Assembly: GCA_965263035.1 (NCBI GenBank)
Contig: OZ253580.1
Span: 1,248,001 to 1,312,000, forward strand
Source: Acidobacteriota bacterium
GTDB lineage: Bacteria; Acidobacteriota; UBA6911; RPQK01; JAJDTT01
Direction of reading: 5' to 3'
DNA length: 64,000 nt
Shown here: positions 60,014 through 64,000 of the stretch, in pieces
How positions within the stretch are numbered: the stretch's first letter is position 1
Layout: each line of letters starts with the position of its first letter
Position numbers and translations under genes: made by a program
Notes under the pieces: model-generated
What the model saw: only the letters and a program-made list of their open reading frames with translations
What the model was told of the DNA's origin: nothing
The model's database searches: none

Positions 60014-61508
60014 CATTTTCAGGGTCCCTGGTAACCGCACCAGTGGAGGGCTGTATTCCGCGGCTCTACGCCGGGCACGAACGTTTCCTCTTCTCCTGCT
60101 CTCGGCTTTCCTGGCCGGATTCTCCTTCGGATGCACCCGGCAGCTCGAGCGGCCGAACATCGTTTTGATCCTGGCCGATGACCTGGGCTGGAACCAGTTG
60201 GGCTGCTACGGAAGCAGTTTCTACGAGACTCCCAACCTCGACGGCATGGCTCGAGAGGGGATGCGTCTCACCGACGCCTACGCGGCCAGCCCCGTCTGCT
60301 CCCCGACTCGAGCCAGCATCATGACGGGCAAGTACCCGGCGCGACTCCACGTCACCAAGTTCATCTCGCCGCAGGACTACGTCCCCAACCCGAACGCCAA
60401 GCTGTTGGATCCCGACTGGACACCCTATCTGCGCTTGGAGGAGGAGACGATCGCCGAAGCCTTGAAGAAGCTGGGGTACGTGACGGCCGGCTTCGGAAAA
60501 TGGCACCTCAGCCGCGTCAAGACGCCTCCCGAGAGCCTGCCCTTCAATCCGGACAAGCAAGGTTTCGACCAGCACTTCGTAACCTACAAGCCGGTCCCAT
60601 CCATGGCCAGGAAGTGGCAGACGCCGGAGGACGATGCCCACAACGTGGGAATCATCACCGAGAAGTCCCTGGAGTTCATGGAGAAGAACCGTGAGAGGCC
60701 CTTCTTCCTCTTCGTTTCGCACAACAGCATTCACACCCCCCTGGTGGAGAAGAAGGCTCTGATCTCCAAGTACCGGAGGAAGCCGGACGTCGACTCTCCC
60801 ACCAACCACCCGGTTATCGGAGCCATGATCGAGACCCTGGATCGCAGTGTCGGCCGGCTGCTGGCCAAAATCGACGAGATGAAGCTGACCGAGAGGACCC
60901 TCGTGCTTTTCTATTCCGACAACGGAGGATTGGATTGGACCGCGACCGAGGGGCAGATCGCCGCCAACGATCCGTTGCGGGCCGGAAAGGCCGACCTCTA
61001 CGAAGGGGGAATCCGGGTGCCCTTGATCGTCCGCTGGCCGGGCCGAATCCCCCCCGGCCGCGTCTCCGGGGAACCTGTCAACAGCGTGGATCTCTTTCCC
61101 ACGCTGCTGGAGGCAGCCGGAGGCACCGAGACGGGCAAGGACACCGACGGCATGAGCCTGCTGCCGCTTCTCACGGGGCCCGTGGTCCCCGGCCGGGACG
61201 CGCTCTTCTGGCACTACCCCCACTACCACAAGTTCGGAGCCTTCCCTTCGAGCGCCATCCGGAAGGGTGAGTACAAACTGATCGAGTGGCACGAGGCCGG
61301 GATCTACGGATCGGACAATCGGTACGAACTCTACGACTTGGTGGACGATCTGGGGGAGTCTCGAAATCTGGCCTCCGTCCTGCCGGAGAAGACCCGGGAA
61401 CTGGCAGCCGACCTGGAGAACTGGCGGCGCTCGGTGGGAGCCCAGATGCCGAAGCGCAACCCCGACTATCGGCCGGAAGGCCAGCCGCGGGCGCGTGACC
61501 GGGAGTAG
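59967..61508 (+). CDS. Formylglycine-dependent sulfatase
   Basis: PNIVLILADDLG, CSPTRASIMTG, GKWHL, SDNGG, YEGGIRVP, WHYPHY. True start probably downstream of 60013. Confidence 0.88.
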   Translation: MVGPTPTWISSAGSRSIFRVPGNRTSGGLYSAALRRARTFPLLLLSAFLAGFSFGCTRQLERPNIVLILADDLGWNQLGCYGSSFYETPNLDGMAREGMRLTDAYAASPVCSPTRASIMTGKYPARLHVTKFISPQDYVPNPNAKLLDPDWTPYLRLEEETIAEALKKLGYVTAGFGKWHLSRVKTPPESLPFNPDKQGFDQHFVTYKPVPSMARKWQTPEDDAHNVGIITEKSLEFMEKNRERPFFLFVSHNSIHTPLVEKKALISKYRRKPDVDSPTNHPVIGAMIETLDRSVGRLLAKIDEMKLTERTLVLFYSDNGGLDWTATEGQIAANDPLRAGKADLYEGGIRVPLIVRWPGRIPPGRVSGEPVNSVDLFPTLLEAAGGTETGKDTDGMSLLPLLTGPVVPGRDALFWHYPHYHKFGAFPSSAIRKGEYKLIEWHEAGIYGSDNRYELYDLVDDLGESRNLASVLPEKTRELAADLENWRRSVGAQMPKRNPDYRPEGQPRARDRE

Positions 61509-61512
61509 ATCG

Positions 61513-62835
61513 ATGCCGGGAACCGGAAGAGACTCGGGGCGGCTCCGATTTCAGCCATGGGCGGGACCGCGAGGAAAGGTGGCCATCCATCTCGCCCTGG
61601 TTCTCGGCGTGGCCTTTTCCGCCGGCTGGCCGGCAGAAGGCCTCGCCGCCGCCATCCCCATCGGCCGGGAAAAGCAGCTACTCTGGGACGACTATCTGAT
61701 CGAAACGCTCCATAACACGGGGTTCGTGCTCAACCAGGCCGAAAAGGCCCCCAACAACCCGGTGATTCGGCAGGACCGGCCCTGGGAAGGGAATCTGATC
61801 CGGGTCGCCACCGTGTTCTACGACGAAGACCAGGGCCGGTTTCGGCTCTGGTATACGTCAGAGAACGTGAAACCTTCTCCCGGCGACCGCTGGGAGAGGT
61901 CCGGGCAGATCGTCTGTTACGCCACCTCCAGGGACGGATACCGGTGGACAAAACCCAACGTCGGCCGGGTGGACTTCAACGGATCGACCCGGAACAACAT
62001 CCTGGACGGCCGGAGCTGGCCGGGATTCAAGGGTGGGATCATCCGCGATGCCCACGATCCCGATCCTTCCCGCCGGTACAAGGGGTTGGTCATGAGCGTG
62101 GCGGGACCGGAGCCCAACTCGACCTCCAGTCCGGGAATGCGCTTCGACCTCTACTACTCGTCCGATGGCTTCGAGTGGGAGCCCTATCAGCCCGTGGCAA
62201 AAGTCGTCGCGGCATTCGACCGTCCCTGCATCCCGGCGGACTGCGTTGCGATTCGGTCACATACTCCCGGTATGCTCCCTCATCGCGCCTTGTCCGGCGG
62301 GCGCAGGAACGGTCTCGGTGCTCGCGAGACTTTCACCACGGACTGCTATGCCGGCAACCCCGTCATCGACTGGGGAGAGAGACGGGGCCGCTGGGGCCCG
62401 ACGGCATTGATGGGCTGGGATCCGATACGCGGAGTGTACACGGCCCATATGGAGGTCTGCCGTCATCGGAGATGTCCCCGGAACCGGCGTCTGATCGGAC
62501 GGGCCGAAAGCCCGGACCTGATCCGCTGGACCGAATCCGTTCCCATCCTGGTTCCCGATTCCGGCGATCCCCCCGACACCGAGTTCTACAGCTTCTGGGC
62601 GATTCCCTACCACGGCAGGATCGCGGGAATGCTCTGGACCTTCCGGACCACGAACACGGTCATGTACCCTCAGTTCACCTTCAGCCGCAACGGAATCCAC
62701 TACGACCGGCGGTTTCGCGAGCCCCTGATTCCCCTGGGCGCGAACGGCGCCTTCGACAGCGTGCTGCAGCCCGTCGTCCACGGCGAAAGGATATTCATGG
62801 GGATTATATGCCTAAGTGCCGAGAATTCAGGCTGA
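61513..62835 (+). pseudogene. Beta-propeller paralog with in-frame MITE, C-terminally truncated by the TnpB element
   Basis: Aligns by eye to the 14491 protein (QLLWDD, NNPVI, WGP..MGWDP, HRRCP) up to HGERIF and lacks the C-terminal domain. Confidence 0.75.
62188..62345. mobile_element. MITE family 2, copy 2 (158 bp), intragenic and in frame
   Basis: About 2 differences from copy 1, inverted; CTAT on both sides. Confidence 0.9.
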
Positions 62836-62853
62836 TGGTTTACAATTCCTACC

Positions 62854-64000
62854 ATGAAAGGCCACGCAACTATCCAGTGCAGAGCCAAGCTGTCCAAGGG
62901 TGGAATCCGGCGGTTGGACGGGGTGAGGTCCATCCTGAATCGGCTGTACAACGCTGCACTGGAGGAACACAGGACGGCCTGGGAATCCGAGCAACGCGGC
63001 GTGACCCTGTACGATCAGATGAAGGGGTTGACCTCCAAAAGGAAGGAGGATCCGGAGGGGCTCGGGTCAGTGGCGGTCAAGGCGGAGCGGGGGATGCTGG
63101 TTCGGTTGGACCGGGCCTTCAAGGCGTTCTTCCGTCGCTGCAAGGCGGGGGAGAAGCCGGGGTATCCTCGATTCCGGCCCATTGCGAGGATGGAGACCAT
63201 CGACGTCGTCGACCCCAAAGCGACCATGGTGAAGAAGCGCGCTCGGGGCTACGCCATCCGGCCCAAGGGCTTTCCGACGATCCGGATATTTCCCTCCCGG
63301 CCGTTGCCGGACGGATGCCCGTTGAAAGCGTTGCGGATTGTCCGCAAGCCGAACCGGGTGTATGTGGACCTGACCTACGAGGTGGAGAAGCCGCCGCTAC
63401 CGAAATGCGAGTCTTCGGTGGGGATCGACCTGGGAGTCCGCAAGCGAGCGGTGCTGTCCACGGGTGAGAGGATCGAACGGAATCGACGGGACTGGGGGGA
63501 GATCCGAAAGCAGCAGAGAAAGGTCTCCAGGTGCAAGAAGATTTCCAAGACCAGACGGAAACGGATCGTACAGCTATCTCGGCTCCGTCACCGGGAATCG
63601 GTCCGAAACCGTAATGCCTGCCATCGTCTCTCCACCAGGATCATTCGTGAGCACGGTCTGATCGCTGTGGAGAAACTGAACATCCAAGGGATGGTGACGA
63701 AGGGCTCGAAGAAGAAGGGGCTGAATCGAGAAATAATGACGCAATCATGGAGGCTTCTGCGGAATCAACTCCAGTACAAGGCAGAATGGGCCGGTCGGAA
63801 GTTCGTAGAAGTGAATCCCGCATATACATCGCAGGACTGCCACCGGTGCGGCGCCCGCCACGATCCAGGACGGAGCGAAACCTTCCGGTGCAGGGCCTGC
63901 GGACTTGGAATGGACAGGGACCACAATGCCGCCCTGAACATTCTCAGGGCTGGGGTTCTTGCCCTGGGCACCGGAACGTATCTCGTTGGGGAAAGCGTGG
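62854..64000 (+). CDS. tnpB: IS200/IS605-family RNA-guided endonuclease TnpB (runs off the window)
   Basis: LYNAALEE, PGYPRF, GIDLG, AVEKL, VNPAYTSQDCHRCG, CRACG, DRDHNAALNI. Confidence 0.92.
   Translation, partial: MKGHATIQCRAKLSKGGIRRLDGVRSILNRLYNAALEEHRTAWESEQRGVTLYDQMKGLTSKRKEDPEGLGSVAVKAERGMLVRLDRAFKAFFRRCKAGEKPGYPRFRPIARMETIDVVDPKATMVKKRARGYAIRPKGFPTIRIFPSRPLPDGCPLKALRIVRKPNRVYVDLTYEVEKPPLPKCESSVGIDLGVRKRAVLSTGERIERNRRDWGEIRKQQRKVSRCKKISKTRRKRIVQLSRLRHRESVRNRNACHRLSTRIIREHGLIAVEKLNIQGMVTKGSKKKGLNREIMTQSWRLLRNQLQYKAEWAGRKFVEVNPAYTSQDCHRCGARHDPGRSETFRCRACGLGMDRDHNAALNILRAGVLALGTGTYLVGESV

Noticed and set aside
1-64000. CRISPR array, tRNA, rRNA
   Set aside because: No regularly spaced repeats or RNA-gene signatures recognised, including next to the WYL genes and tnpB.

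Overview
High-GC bacterial accessory region. The DUF1501/DUF1549/DUF1553 genes, sulfatases and secreted propeller proteins suggest an Acidobacteriota/PVC-like host (inference only). In order it contains: a partial cytochrome-c/DUF1549 gene; a toxin-antitoxin cluster; a complete N-methylglutamate methylamine-utilisation cluster (mgsABC, four sarcosine-oxidase-type subunits, gmaS, DMT transporter); class I fumarase; a 1603-bp tandem duplication of an amidohydrolase pair whose first gene lacks the catalytic motifs; an SSS symporter; a K+ channel; a PPC/DUF1549-1553/DUF1501 operon; an internally duplicated Spy/CpxP gene; Fic-UDG and VapBC genes; a ferredoxin-isochorismatase-MBOAT-SGNH-pdxA run divergent from a PafB/PafC-like WYL pair and a ligand-depleted Cu/Zn-SOD-like lipoprotein; and a sulfatase/sialidase/propeller region in decay, ending in a TnpB element. 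Two MITE families (159 bp and 158 bp) each occur twice, mostly with clear 4-bp target duplications, and one copy is inserted in frame in a gene, adding 54 aa. No rRNA, tRNA or CRISPR array was recognised. All family calls come from motif recognition by eye, not from database searches.
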